Below, piece by piece: positions 34,901-47,900 of a DNA stretch of 64,000 nt. The stretch spans positions 35,201,703-35,265,702 of the forward strand of contig CP154954.1 in NCBI GenBank assembly GCA_039621445.1. Reading direction: 5' to 3'. Positions within the stretch are counted from its first letter, which is position 1. Each line of letters opens with the position of its first letter. Source of the stretch: Euglena gracilis (lineage: Eukaryota). A model generated the notes under the pieces. It did no database searches. It was given only the letters and a program-made list of their open reading frames with translations, and was not told where the DNA came from. Made by a program: the position numbers and the translations under genes.

Positions 34901-35759
34901 CCGCAATCATGAAACCAACGGGTCCCCTGACTTTGGAGGCCTCCTGGAACACCAATTCAGTTTCTCGGAGTAAGGCCCAATTTGGTCCATTTTTACATGG
35001 TAACCTGGGCTGACCTGGTAAACGTCCCCCGGAATGGTCGAATGCACCCATCTGAATGTGCTCATTTCTTGCAACCAACATTCCCGCTGCCTGTCTTTCT
35101 TACCATTAAACCACGACAATCATGAAACCAACGGGTCCCCTGACTTTGGAGGCCTCCTGGAACACCCATTCGGTTACTCGGAGTAAGGCCCAATTTGGTC
35201 CATTTTTACAGGGTAACCTGGGCTGACCTGGTAAACGTCCCACGAAATGGTCGAATGCACCCATCTAAATGTGCTCATTTCTTGCAACCAACATTCCCGC
35301 TGCATGTTTCTCTTACCATTAAACCACGACAATCACGAAACCAACGTGTCCCCTGACTTTGGAGGCCTCCTGGAACACCCATTCAGTTACTCGGAGTAAG
35401 TCCCAATTTGGTCCATTTTTACACGGTAACCTGGGCTGACCTGGTAAACGTCCCCCGGAATGGTCGAAGGCACCCATCTGAATGTGCTCATTTCTTGCAA
35501 CCAACATTCCCGCTGCATGTTTTTCTTACCATTAAACCACGACAATCATGAAACCAACGGGTCCCCTGACTTTGGAGGCCTCCTGGAATACCCATTCGGT
35601 TACTCGCAGCAAGTCCCAATTTGGACCATTTTTACAGGGTAACCTGGGCTGACCTGGTAAACGTCCCCCGAATTGGTCGAATGCACCCATCTAAATGTGC
35701 TCAATTTTTGCAACCAACATTCCCGCTGCATGTTTTTCTTACCATTAAACCACGACAAT
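31929..35759 (-). repeat. 213-bp satellite, block C, inverted (18 monomers)
   Basis: Reverse-complement monomers (GAAACCAACGGGTCCCCTGACTTTGG); many share block B variants. Confidence 0.97.
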
Positions 35760-35916
35760 TTGCCAGATCCACTCGGGTACCGGTGGCGATAATAAGGCGT
35801 GCCGCCTGCAGGGCCTTCTCCGGTCTCGACCCTGGGCTGTCGCCCGATTACCGCCAGGTGGTCCGCCCGCGTTCGCTTGGGGTAGTTGCCCAGCCTCGAA
35901 TCGGCCACATGGTGGT
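35760..35916. other. 157-bp non-satellite GC-rich filler at an inversion junction
   Basis: TTGCCAGATCC...CACATGGTGGT; no match seen to the monomer or to the retroelement in this window. Confidence 0.9.
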
Positions 35917-38900
35917 ATGATTGTCGTGGTTTAATGGTAAGAAAAACATGCAGCGGGAATGTTGGTTGCAAGAAATGAGCACATTTAGATGGTTGAATTC
36001 GACCATTCCGGGGGACATTTACCAGGTCAGCCCAGTTTACCATGTAAAAATGGACCAAATTGGGCCTTACTCCGAGTAACCGAATGGGTGTTCCAGGAGG
36101 CCTCCAAAGTCAGGGGACCCGTTGGTTTCATGATTGTCGTGGTTTAATGGTAAGAAAAACATGCAGCGGGAATGTTGGTTGCAAGAAATGAGCAGATTTA
36201 GATGGGTGCATTCGACCATTCCGGGGGACATTTACCAGGTCAGCCCAGGTTACCATGTAAAAATGGACCAAATTGGGCCTTACTCCGAGTAACCGAATGG
36301 GTGTTCCAGGAGGCCTCCAAAGTCAGGGGACCCGTTGGTTTCATGATTGTCGTGGTTTAATGGTAAGAAAAACATGCAGCGGGAATGTTGGTTGCAAGAA
36401 ATGAGCACATTTAGATGGGTGCATTCGACCATTCCGGGGGACATTTACCAGGTCAGCCCAGGTTACCATGTAAAAATGGACCAAATTGGGCCTTACTCCG
36501 AGTAACCGAATGGGTGTTCCAGGAGGCCTCCAAAGTCAGGGGACCCGTTGGTTTCATGATTGTCGTGGTTTAATGGTAAGAAAAACATGCAGCGGGAATG
36601 TTGGTTGCAAGAAATGAGCACATTTAGATGGGTGCATTCGACCATTCCGGGGGACATTTACCAGGTCAGCCCAGGTTACCATGTAAAAATGGACCAAATT
36701 GGGCCTTACTCCGAGTAACCGAATGGGTGTTCCAGGAGGCCTCCAAAGTCAGGGGACCCGTTGGTTTCATGATTGTCGTGGTTTAATGGTAAGAAAAACA
36801 TGCAGCGGGAATGTTGGTTGCAAGAAATGAGCACATTTAGATGGGTGCATTCGACCATTCCGGGGGACATTTACCAGGTCAGCCCAGGTTACCATGTAAA
36901 AATGGACCAAATTGGGCCTTACTCCGAGTTACCGAATGGGTGTTCCAGGAGGCCTCCAAAGTCAGGGGACCCGTTGGTTTCATGATTGTCGTGGTTTAAT
37001 GGTAAGAAAAACATGCAGCCGGAAGGTTGGTTGCAAGAAATGAGCACATTTAGATGGGTGCATTCGACCATTCCGGGGGACATTTACCAGGTCAGCCCAG
37101 GTTACCATGTAAAAATGGACCAAATTGGGCCTTACTCCGAGTAACCGAATGGGTGTTCCAGGAGGCCTCCAAAGTCAGGGGACCCGTTGGTTTCATGATT
37201 GTCGTGGTTTAATGGTAAGAAAAAACATGCAGCGGGAATGTTGGTTGCAAGAAATGAGCAGATTTAGATGGGTGCATTCGACCATTCCGGGGGACATTTA
37301 CCAGGTCAGCCCAGGTTACCATGTAAAAATGGACCAAATTGGGCCTTACTCCGAGTAACCGAATGGGTGTTCCAGGAGGCCTCCAAAGTCAGGGGACCCG
37401 TTGGTTTCATGATTGTCGTGGTTTAATGGTAAGAAAAACATGCAGCGGGAATGTTGGTTGCAAGAAATGAGCAGATTTAGATGGGTGCATTCGACCATTC
37501 CGGGGGACATTTACCAGGTCCGCCCAGGTTACCATGTAAAAATGGACCAAATTGGGCCTTACTCCGAGTAACCGAATGGGTGTTCCAGGAGGCCTCCAAA
37601 GTCAGGGGACCCGTTGGTTTCATGATTGTCGTGGTTAAATGGTAAGAAAAACATGCAGCGGGAATGTTGGTTGCAAGAAATGAGCACATTTAGATGGGTG
37701 CATTCGACCATTCCGGGGGACATTTACCAGGTCAGCCCAGGTTACCATGTAAAAATGGACCAAATTGGGCCTTACTCCGAGTAACCGAATGGGTGTTCCA
37801 GGAGGCCTCCAAAGTCAGGTGACCCGTTGTTTTCATGATTATCGTGGTTTAATGGTAAGAAAAACATGCAGCGGGACTGTTGGTTGCAAGACATGAACAG
37901 ATTTAGATGGGTGCATTCGACCATTCCGGGGGACATTTACCAGGTCAGCCCAGGTTACCATGTAAAAATGGACCAAATTGGGCCTTACTCCGAGTAACCG
38001 AATGGGTGTTCCAGGAGGCCTCCAAAGTCAGGGGACCCGTTGGTTTCATGATTGTCGTGGTTAATGGTAAGAAAAACATGCAGCGGGAATGTTGGTTGCA
38101 AGAAATGAGCAGATTTAGATGGGTGCATTCGACCATTCCGGGGGACATTTACCAGGTCAGCCCAGGTTACCATGTAAAAATGGACCAAATTGGGCCTTAC
38201 TCCGAGTAACCGAATGGGTGTTCCAGGAGGCCTCCAAAGTCAGGGGACCCGTTGGTTTCATGATTGTCGTGGTTTAATGGTAAGAAAAACATGCAGCGGG
38301 AATGTTGGTTGCAAGAAATGAGCAGATTTAGATGGGTGCATTCGACCATTCCGGGGGACATTTACCAGGTCAGCCCAGGTTACCATGTAAAAATGGACCA
38401 AATTGGGCCTTACTCCGAGTTACCGAATGGGTGTTCCAGGAGGCCTCCAAAGTCAGGGGACCCGTTGGTTTCATGATTGTCGTGGTTTAATGGTAAGAAA
38501 AACATGCAGCGGGAATGTTGGTTGCAAGAAATGAGCACATTTAGATGGGTGCATTCGACCATTCCGGGGACATTTACCAGGTCAGCCCAGGTTACCATGT
38601 AAAAATGGACCAAATTGGGCCTTACTCCGAGTAACCGAATGGGTGTTCCAGGAGGCCTCCAAAGTCAGGGGACCCGTTGGTTTCATGATTGTCGTGGTTA
38701 AATGGTAAGAAAAACATGCAGCGGGAATGTTGGTTGCAAGAAATGAGCAGATTTAGATGGGTGCATTCGACCATTCCGGGGGACATTTACCAGGTCAGCC
38801 CAGGTTACCATGTAAAAATGGACCAAATTGGGCCTTACTCCGAGTAACCGAATGGGTGTTCCAGGAGGCCTCCAAAGTCAGGGGACCCGTTGGTTTCATG

Positions 38901-41900
38901 ATTGTCGTGGTTTAATGGTAAGAAAAACATGCAGCGGGAATGTTGGTTGCAAGAAATGAGCACATTTAGATGGGTGCATTCGACCATTCCGGGGGACATT
39001 TACCAGGTCAGCCCAGGTTACCATGTAAAAATGGACCAAATTGGGCCTTACTCCGAGTAACCGAATGGGTGTTCCAGGAGGCCTCCAAAGTCAGGGGACC
39101 CGTTGGTTTCATGATTGTCGTGGTTTAATGGTAAGATAAACATGCAGCGGGAATGTTGGTTGCAAGAAATGAGCAGATTTAGATGGGTGCATTCGACCAT
39201 TCCGGGGGACATTTACCAGGTCAGCCCAGGTTACCATGTAAAAATGGACCAAATTGGGCCTTACTCCGAGTAACCGAATGGGTGTTCCAGGAGGCCTCCA
39301 AAGTCAGGGGACCCGTTGGTTTCATGATTGTCGTGGTTTAATGGTAAAAAAGACATGCAGCGGGAGTGTTGGTTGCAAGAAATGAGCAGATTTAGATGGG
39401 TGCATTCGACCATTCCGGGGGACATTTACCAGGTCAGCCCAGGTTACCATGTAAAAATGGACCAAATTGGGCCTTACTCCGAGTTACCGAATGGGTGTTC
39501 CAGGAGGCCTCCAAAGTCAGGGGACCCGTTGGTTTCATGATTGTCGGTAAGATAAACGTGCAGCGGGAATGTTGGTTGCAAGAAATGAGCACATTTAGAT
39601 GGGTGCATTCGACCATTCCGGGGGACATTTACCAGGTCAGCCCAGGTTACCATGTAAAAATGGACCAAATTGGGCCTTACTCCGAGTAACCGAATGGGTG
39701 TTCCAGGAGGCCTCCAAAGTCAGGGGACCCGTTGGTTTCATGATTGTCGTGGTTAAATGGTAAGAAAAACATGCAGCGGGAATGTTGGTTGCAAGAAATG
39801 AGCAGATTTAGATGGGTGCATTCGACCATTCCGGGGGACATTTACCAGGTCAGCCCAGGTTACCATGTAAAAATGGACCAAATTGGGCCTTACTCCGAGT
39901 AACCGAATGGGTGTTCCAGGAGGCCTCCAAAGTCAGGGGACCCGTTGGTTTCATGATTGTCGTGGTTTAATGGTAAGAAAAACATGCAGCGGGAAGGTTG
40001 GTTGCAAGAAATGAGCACATTTAGATGGGTGCATTCGACCATTCCGGGGGACATTTACCAGGTCAGCCCAGGTTACCATGTAAAAATGGACCAAATTGGG
40101 CCTTACTCCGAGTACCGAATGGGTGTTCCAGGAGGCCTCCAAAGTCAGGGGACCCGTTGGTTTCATGATTGTCGTGGTTTAATGGTAAGAAAAACATGCA
40201 GCGGGAATGTTGGTTGCAAGAAATGAGCAGATTTAGATGGGTGCATTCGACCATTCCGGGGGACATTTACCAGGTCCGCCCAGGTTACCATGTAAAAATG
40301 GACCAAATTGGGCCTTACTCCGAGTAACCGAATGGGTGTTCCAGGAGGCCTCCAAAGTCAGGGGACCCGTTGGTTTCATGATTGTCGTGGTTAAATGGTA
40401 AGAAAAACATGCAGCGGGAATGTTGGTTGCAAGAAATGAGCAGATTTAGATGGGTGCATTCGACCATTCCGGGGGACATTTACCAGGTCAGCCCAGGTTA
40501 CCATGTAAAAATGGACCAAATTGGGCCTTACTCCGAGTAACCGAATGGGTGTTCCAGGAGGCCTCCAAAGTCAGGGGACCCGTTGGTTTCATGATTGTCG
40601 TGGTTTAATGGTAAGAAAAACATGCAGCGGGAATGTTGGTTGCAAGAAATGAGCAGATTTAGATGGGTGCATTCGACCATTCCGGGGGGACATTTACCAG
40701 GTCAGCCCAGGTTACCATGTAAAAATGGACCAAATTGGGCCTTACCCGAGTTACCGAATGGGTGTTCCAGGAGGCCTCCAAAGTCAGGGGACCCGTTGGT
40801 TTCATGATTCTCGTGGTTAAATGGTAAGAAAAACATGCAGCGGGAATGTTGGTTGCAAGAAATGAGCAGATTTAGATGGGTGCATTCGACCATTCCGGGG
40901 GACATTTACCAGGTCAGCCCAGGTTACCATGTAAAAATGGACCAAATTGGGCCTTACTCCGAGTAACCGAATGGGTGTTCCAGGAGGCCTCCAAAGTCAG
41001 GGGACCCGTTGGTTTCATGATTGTCGTGGTTAAATGGTAAGAAAAACATGCAGCGGGAATGTTGGTTGCAAGAAATGAGCAGATTTAGATGGGTGCATTC
41101 GACCATTCCGGGGGACATTTACCAGGTCCGCCCAGGTTACCATGTAAAAATGGACCAAATTGGGCCTTACTCCGAGTAACCGAATGGGTGTTCCAGGAGG
41201 CCTCCAAAGTCAGGGGACCCGTTGGTTTCATGATTGTCGTGGTTAAATGGTAAGAAAAACATGCAGCGGGAATGTTGGTTGCAAGAAATGAGCGGTTTTA
41301 GATGGGTGCATTCGACCATTCCGGGGGACATTTACCAGGTCCGCCCAGGTTACCATGTAAAAATGGACCAAATTGGGCCTTACTCCGAGTAACCGAATGG
41401 GTGTTCCAGGAGGCCTCCAAAGTCAGGGGACCCGTTGGTTTCATGATTGTCGTGGTTAAATGGTAAGAAAAACATGCAGCGGGAATGTTGGTTGCAAGAA
41501 ATGAGCAGATTTAGATGGGTGCATTCGACCATTCCGGGGGACATTTACCAGGTCAGCCCAGGTTACCATGTAAAAATGGACCAAATTGGGCCTTACTCCG
41601 AGTAACCGAATGGGTGTTCCAGGAGGCCTCCAAAGTCAGGGGACCCGTTGGTTTCATGATTGTCGTGGTTTAATGGTAAGAAAAACATGCAGCGGGAATG
41701 TTGGTTGCAAGAAATGAGCAGATTTAGATGGGTGCATTCGACCATTCCGGGGGACATTTACCAGGTCAGCCCAGGTTACCATGTAAAAATGGACCAAATT
41801 GGGCCTTACTCCGAGTAACCGAATGGGTGTTCCAGGAGGCCTCCAAAGTCAGGGGACCCGTTGGTTTCATGATTGTCGTGGTTAATGGTAAGAAAAACAT

Positions 41901-44900
41901 GCAGCGGGAATGTTGGTTGCAAGAAATGAGCGGATTTAGATGGGTGCATTCGACCATTCCGGGGGACATTTACCAGGTCAGCCCAGGTTACCATGTAAAA
42001 ATGGACCAAATTGGGCCTTACTCCGAGTTACCGAATGGGTGTTCCAGGAGGCCTCCAAAGTCAGGGGACCCGTTGGTTTCATGATTGTCGTGGTTAATGG
42101 TAAGAAAAACATGCAGCGGGAATGTTGGTTGCAAGAAATGAGCAGATTTAGATGGGTGCATTCGACCATTCCGGGGGACATTTACCAGGTCAGCCCAGGT
42201 TACCATGTAAAAATGGACCAAATTGGGCCTTACTCGAATGGGTGTTCCAGGAGGCCTCCAAAGTCAGGGGACCCGTTGGTTTCATGATTGTCGTGGTTAA
42301 TGGTAAGAAAAACATGCAGCGGGAATGTTGGTTGCAAGAAATGAGCACATTTAGATGGGTGCATTCGACCATTCCGGGGGACATTTACCAGGTCAGCCCA
42401 GGTTACCATGTAAAAATGGACCAAATTGGGCCTTACTCCGAGTAACCGAATGGGTGTTCCAGGAGGCCTCCAAAGTCAGGGGACCCGTTGGTTTCATGAT
42501 TGTCGTGGTTAAATGGTAAGAAAAACATGCAGCGGGAATGTTGGTTGCAAGAAATGAGCAGATTTAGATGGGTGCATTCGACCATTCCGGGGGACATTTA
42601 CCAGGTCAGCCCAGGTTACCATGTAAAAATGGACCAAATTGGGCCTTACTCCGAGTAACCGAATGGGTGTTCCAGGAGGCCTCCAAAGTCAGGGGACCCG
42701 TTGGTTTCATGATTGTCGTGGTTAAATGGTAAGAAAAACATGCAGCGGGAATGTTGGTTGCAAGAAATGAGCGGTTTTAGATGGGTGCATTCGACCATTC
42801 CGGGGGACATTTACCAGGTCAGCCCAGGTTACCATGTAAAAATGGACCAAATTGGGCCTTACTCCGAGTTACCAAATGGGTGTTCCAGGAGGCCTCCAAA
42901 GTCAGGGGACCCGTTGGTTTCATGATTGTCGTGGTTAAATGGTAAGAAAAACATGCAGCGGGAATGTTGGTTGCAAGAAATGAGCAGATTTAGATGGGTG
43001 CATTCGACCATTCCGGGGGACATTTACCAGGTCAGCCCAGGTTACCATGTAAAAATGGACCAAATTGGGCCTTACTCCGAGTAACCGAATGGGTGTTCCA
43101 GGAGGCCTCCAAAGTCAGGGGACCCGTTGGTTTCATGATTGTCGTGGTTAAATGGTAAGAAAAAGTTGCAGCGGGAATGTTGATTGCAAGAAATGAGCAG
43201 ATTTAGATGGGTGCATTCGACCATTCCGGGGGACATTTACCAGGTCAGCCCAGGTTACCATGTAAAAATGGACCAAATTGGGCCTTACTCCGAGTAACCG
43301 AATGGGTGTTCCAGGAGGCCTCCAAAGTCAGGGGACCCGTTGGTTTCATGATTGTCGTGGTTAAATGGTAAGAAAAAACATGCAGCGGGAATGTTGGTTG
43401 CAAGAAATGAGCAGATTTAGATGGGTGCATTCGACCATTCCGGGGGACATTTACCAGGTCAGCCCAGGTTACCATGTAAAAATGGACCAAATTGGGCCTT
43501 ACTCCGAGTAACCAAATGGGTGTTCCAGGAGGCCTCCAAAGTCAGGGGACCCGTTGGTTTCATGATTGTCGTGGTTAAATGGTAAGAAAAACATGCAGCG
43601 GGAATGTTGGTTGCAAGAAATGAGCAGATTTAGATGGGTGCATTCGACCATTCCGGGGGACATTTACCAGGTCAGCCCAGGTTACCATGTAAAAATGGAC
43701 CAAATTGGGCCTTACTCCGAGTTACCAAATGGGTGTTCCAGGAGGCCTCCAAAGTCAGGGGACTCGTTGGTTTCATGATTGTCGTGGTTTAATGGTAAGA
43801 AAAACATGCAGCCGGAAGGTTGGTTGCAAGAAATGAGCAGATTTAGATGGGTGCATTCGACCATTCCGGGGGACATTTACCAGGTCAGCCCAGGTTACCA
43901 TGTAAAAATGGACCAAATTGGGCCTTACTCCGAGTAACCGAATGGGTGTTCCAGGAGGCCTCCAAAGTCAGGGGACCGTTGGTTTCATGATTGTCGTGGT
44001 TTAATGGTAAGAAAAACATGCAGCGGGAATGTTGGTTGCAAGAAATGAGCAGATTTAGATGGGTGCATTCGACCATTCCGGGGGACATTTACCAGGTCAG
44101 CCCAGGTTACCATGTAAAAATGGACCAAATTGGGCCTTACTCCGAGTAACCGAATGGGTGTTCCAGGAGGCCTCCAAAGTCAGGGGACCCGTTGGTTTCA
44201 TGATTGTCGTGGTTTAAATGGTAAGAAAAACATGCAGCGGGAATGTTGGTTGCAAGAAATGAGCAGATTTAGATGGGTGCATTCGACCATTCCGGGGGAC
44301 ATTTACCAGGTCAGCCCAGGTTACCATGTAAAAATGGACCAAATTGGGCCTTACTCCGAGTTACCGAATGGGTGTTCCAGGAGGCCTCCAAAGTCAGGGG
44401 ACCCGTTGGTTTCATGATTGTCGTGGTTAAATGGTAAGAAAAACATGCAGCGGGAATGTTGGTTGCAAGAAATGAGCAGATTTAGATGGGTGCATTCGAC
44501 CATTCCGGGGGACATTTACCAGGTCAGCCCAGGTTACCATGTAAAAATGGACCAAATTGGGCCTTACTCCGAGTAACCGAATGGGTGTTCCAGGAGGCCT
44601 CCAAAGTCAGGGGACCCGTTGGTTTCATGATTGTCGTGGTTAATGGTAAGAAAAACATGCAGCGGGAATGTTGGTTGCAAGAAATGAGCAGATTTAGATG
44701 GGTGCATTCGACCATTCCGGGGGACATTTACCAGGTCAGCCCAGGTTACCATGTAAAAATGGACCAAATTGGGCCTTACTCCGAGTAACCGAATGGGTGT
44801 TCCAGGAGGCCTCCAAAGTCAGGGGACCCGTTGGTTTCATGATTGTCGTGGTTAAATGGTAAGAAAAACATGCAGCGGGAATGTTGGTTGCAAGAAATGA

Positions 44901-47900
44901 GCAGATTTAGATGGGTGCATTCGACCATTCCGGGGGACATTTACCAGGTCAGCCCAGGTTACCATGTAAAAATGGACCAAATTGGGCCTTACTCCGAGTT
45001 ACCAAATGGGTGTTCCAGGAGGCCTCCAAAGTCAGGGGACCCGTTGGTTTCATGATTGTCGTGGTTTAATGGTAAGAAAAACATGCAGCCGGAAGGTTGG
45101 TTGCAAGAAATGAGCAGACTTAGATGGGTGCATTCGACCATTCCGGGGGACATTTACCAGGTCAGCCCAGGTTACCATGTAAAAATGGACCAAATTGGGC
45201 CTTACTCCGAGTAACCGAATGGGTGTTCCAGGAGGCCTCCAAAGTCAGGGGACCCGTTGGTTTCATGATTGTCGTGGTTTAATGGTAAGAAAAACATGCA
45301 ACCGGAAGGTTGGTTGCAAGAAATGAGCACATTTAGATGGGTGCATTCGACCATTCCGGGGGACATTTACCTGGTCAGCCCAGGTTACCATGTAAAAATG
45401 GACCAAATTGGGCCTTACTCCGAGTAACCGAATGGGTGTTCCAGGAGGCCTCCAAAGTCAGGGGACCCGTTGGTTTCATGATTGTCGTGGTTAAATGGTA
45501 AGAAAAACATGCAGCGGGAATGTTGGTTGCAAGAAATGAGCACATTTAGATGGGTGCATTCGACCATTCCGGGGGACATTTACCAGGTCAGCCCAGGTTA
45601 CCATGTAACAATGGACCAAATTGGGCCTTACTCCGAGTAACCGAATGGGTGTTCCAGGAGGCCTCCAAAGTCAGGGGACCCGTTGGTTTCATGATTGTCG
45701 TGGTTTAATGGTAAGAAAAACATGCAACCGGAAGGTTGGTTGCAAGAAATGAGCAGATTTAGATGGGTGCATTCGACCATTCCGGGGGACATTTACCAGG
45801 TCAGCCCAGGTTACCATGTAAAAACGGACCAAATTGGGCCTTACTCCGAGTTACCAAATGGGTGTTCCAGGAGGCCTCCAAAGTCAGGGGACCCGTTGAT
45901 TTCATGATTGTCGTGGTTTAATGGTAAGATAGACATGCAGCGGGAATGTTGGTTGCAAGAAATGAGCACATTTAGATGGGTGCATTCGACCATTCCGGGG
46001 GACATTTACCAGGTCAGCCCAGGTTACCATGTAAAAATGGACCAAATTGGGCCTTACTCCGAGTTACCGAATGGGTGTTCCAGGAGGCCTCCAAAGTCAG
46101 GGGACCCGTTGGTTTCATGATTGTCGTGGTTTAATGGTAAGATAAACATGCAGCGGGAATGTTGGTTGCAAGAAATGAGCACATTTAGATGGGTGCATTC
46201 GACCATTCCGGGGGACATTTACCAGGTCAGCCCAGGTTACCATGTAAAAATGGACCAAATTGGGCCTTACTCCGAGTAACCGAATGGGTGTTCCAGGAGG
46301 CCTCCAAAGTCAGGGGACCCGTTGGTTTCATGATTGTCGTGGTTTAATGGTAAGAAAAACATGCAGCGGGAATGTTGGTTGCAAGAAATTAGCAGATTTA
46401 GATGGGTGCATTCGACCATTCCGGGGGACATTTACCAGGTCAGCCCAGGTTACCATGAAAAATGGACCAAATTGGGCCTTACTCCGAGTAACCGAATGGG
46501 TGTTCCAGGAGGCCTCCAAAGTCAGGGGACCCGTTGGTTTCATGATTGTCGTGGTTTAATGGTAAGAAAAACATGCAACCGGAAGGTTGGTTGCAAGAAA
46601 TGAGCACATTTAGATGGGTGCATTCGACCATTCCGGGGGACATTTACCAGGTCAGCCCAGGTTACCATGTAAAAATGGACCAAATTGGGCCTTACTCCGA
46701 GTAACCGAATGGGTGTTCCAGGAGGCCTCCAAAGTCAGGGGACCCGTTGGTTTCATGATTGTCGTGGTTTAATGGTAAGAAAAACATGCAGCCGGAAGGT
46801 TGGTTGCAAGAAATGAGCAGATTTAGATGGGTGCATTCGACCATTCCGGGGGACATTTACCAGGTCCGCCCAGGTTACCATGTAAAAATGGACCAAATTG
46901 TGCCTTACTCCGAGTAACCGAATGGGTGTTCCAGGAGGCCTCCAAAGTCAGGGGACCCGTTGGTTTCATGATTGTCGTGGTTAAATGGTAAGAAAAACAT
47001 GCAGCGGGAATGTTGGTTGCAAGAAATGAGCAGATTTAGATGGGTGCATTCGACCATTCCGGGGGACATTTACCAGGTCAGCCCAGGTTACCATGTAAAA
47101 ATGGACCAAATTGGGCCTTACTCCGAGTAACCGAATGGGTGTTCCAGGAGGCCTCCAAAGTCAGGGGACCCGTTGGTTTCATGATTGTCGTGGTTAAATG
47201 GTAAGAAAAACATGCAGCGGGAATGTTGGTTGCAAGAAATGAGCAGATTTTGATGGGTGCATTCGACCTTTCTGGGGGACATTTACCAGGTCAGCCCAGG
47301 TTACCATGTAAAAATGGACCAAATTGGGCCTTACTCCGAGTTACCGAATGGGTGTTCCAGGAGGCCTCCAAAGTCAGGGGACTCGTTGGTTTCATGATTG
47401 TCGTGGTTTAATGGTAAGAAAAACATGCAGCCGGAAGGTTGGTTGCAAGAAATGAGCAGACTTAGATGGGTGCATTCGACCATTCCGGGGGACATTTACC
47501 AGGTCAGCCCAGGTTACCATGTAAAAATGGACCAAATTGGGCCTTACTCCGAGTAACCGAATGGGTGTTCCAGGAGGCCTCCAAAGTCAGGGGACCCGTT
47601 GGTTTCATGATTGTCGTGGTTTAATGGTAAGAAAAACATGCAGCCGGAAGGTTGGTTGCAAGAAATGCGCACATTTAGATGGGTGCATTCGACCATTCCG
47701 GGGGAAATTTACCTGGTCAGCCCAGGTTACCATGTAAAAATGGACCAAATTGGGCCTTACTCCGAGTAACCAAATGGGTGTTCCAGGAGGCCTCCAAAGT
47801 CAGGGGACCCGTTGGTTTCATGATTGTCGTGGTTAAATGGTAAGAAAAACATGCAGCCGGAAGGTTGGTTGCAAGAAATGAGCAGATTTAGATGGGTGCA

